In this document: piece after piece, positions 62,376 to 64,000 of the stretch
Layout: each line of letters opens with the position of its first letter
Numbering within the stretch: the first letter of the stretch is position 1
Source of the DNA: Lama guanicoe
Taxonomy: Eukaryota
Assembly (NCBI GenBank): GCA_013239625.1
Contig: MU054338.1
Location: forward strand, 5,680,724 to 5,744,723
DNA length: 64,000 nt
Direction: 5' to 3'
Made by a program: the position numbers and the translations under genes
The notes under the pieces: generated by a model
Databases searched by the model: none
Told to the model about the DNA's origin: nothing
The model's input: only the letters and a program-made list of their open reading frames with translations

Positions 62376-64000
62376 AAAAGTCTGTTTTAATTAACTTTTG
62401 CTACTTTAAATTTAATTTAAACTTTTCTACAGAGGAAATCATTCTAAGATTTAATTCTTTAAACACTAATGGGTATAAAACTGCAAACTATAATAAGGGA
62501 AAAATTTCAAATGTCTAGCTAAAAGGACAAGTGACATCAGAGTGTGTCCCTCTACTATATTTCACACTGGGGATATTGTCAGGAATGAATAGCATATTAT
62601 AATGCCTTAGGGGGTTGGATTTAATCCATGAAGAAACCTGCTAGGATTTTCAAAGATTTCCCCAAGTCTGAGTAGTTTTTTTGCATATCAATTAAAACAG
62701 AAATTCAGTAGTTTTTTCTACTCATCAATCCAAGTAGAAATTCATTTGCCTTAAGAATTGTACAGCCTTTTAAATATCAAAGTTCTGTATGGTCACACAC
62801 AAAAACTGATCTAAAAATGAAAAATGTGCCTGAGAACTTAAGCACACCCATCTCACAGCTTGAGATCTTCATGCCTAAAAGGAACAAAAATTCTGTGTGG
62901 TTCCAGGATTTCCTTGCCTTACACACATTTTTCAATCAACTTACTTTTCAAAGCCTAAGAAATCAAAAATCTTACAAACTTACCAAGCAAATAAAATTGC
63001 AAACTGCTAAGGGAAACTAGACTTAAAGGACTGAAATATTCAATAGATAAGGGTACCTAAAGAAGAGAAACACAAATATTTAAATCAGCTCAGCCCGCTT
63101 GCCCACAGTTAACAAGGAAAACCCACATTTAGAAAGTTAAAAACAATTCCAGGCCTGGGGTCTGGATACCCCAGGCTGAGATATAACCCCTAAGGCGGGC
63201 CCGTCCCTGGTGAAGGGGGTAGACCCTAAACAGTCATGGAACAAACTCATATTTTCACAGTGAGGAAGCTCTCAGGGAGATGCAGTTTAAGATTCTGACT
63301 CGAACTCCCAAATTCATAAACCCTTTGTCCACGACACAGAACTCCTGAACACAAACTTTTTCATTACACAAATTACACTATGAGTACACCTATATCATGG
63401 ATGCAAAACTCAAACATAAACATGTAAAAACATCCAGGCCAAAGAAAACCCCCATCGTGGACTCAGGGGGTGCTTTTTTTTGGAGTCACTGGCCTCAGGC
63501 CTCTGCTCCCCAGTCACAATACTTTGGATCACCACTGATAATTTAAATGACAAACCCAGTGTTTCCAATCCAGCCAAATCACTCTTCCCAGTGTTTATGT
63601 GTAAAGGAGGAAAGAAAATTATAAGGCAATTTTATTTGTTCAACAAGAAAACTCACAAATGTCTATTCCTATCAGAAAATAAAGATGTCAGTTTCTTACT
63701 ATTTCCAAAAAAAGAAACTGATTTGTAAACAATTAATCACACTGGAACACTTCTAGATGTTGCAAATCTAAGCCCTGATATGCTACTTGAAATCACCCAA
63801 AAGAACAGACCTCAGAACATAACTACATCCACTCAGGGTAAGAAAAAGGGGAACAATATTTTTAACAAACAGCATATAATAATGCAATTTTTTCTGAAAT
63901 TTCACCTTTATTGCCTCTTTGGAAAAACTCTATACCGTCTCTCGAGGTCTACTGAATAAATAAAATTTAACTTCATTGAAAAACTAAGCCTCAAATAAGT

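Overview
Mammalian genomic DNA, most likely camelid: several tRNA-derived SINEs of the form GGGGAGGGTATAGCTCAAGTG...GGTTCRATCCCCAGTACCTCC match the Vic-1 SINE as I recall it. The region corresponds to part of human 19p13.2. Gene order: intronless ACTL9 (-); intact olfactory receptor OR2Z1 (+); a two-exon MBD3L2-like gene (+) whose exon 2 has a +1 frameshift before the coiled-coil; a truncated V2R 7TM pseudogene (+); a CpG-island-driven ZNF558 (+; six coding exons, 402 aa, 9 fingers); a decayed env-bearing ERV (-); and a convergent 16-finger ZNF709-like KRAB-ZNF (-) whose ATG exon was not located and probably lies beyond the window. The remainder is L1/L2/MIR/LTR/DNA-transposon sequence plus one 170-nt N gap. 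I found no clearly novel biological system. The best leads are the frameshifted MBD3L2-like gene with its homeodomain-motif promoter, the gene order that differs from human, fossil zinc fingers around both ZNFs, and an ERV combining a class-III-like RT motif with an env remnant. All gene and repeat names come from remembered sequences, not database searches.
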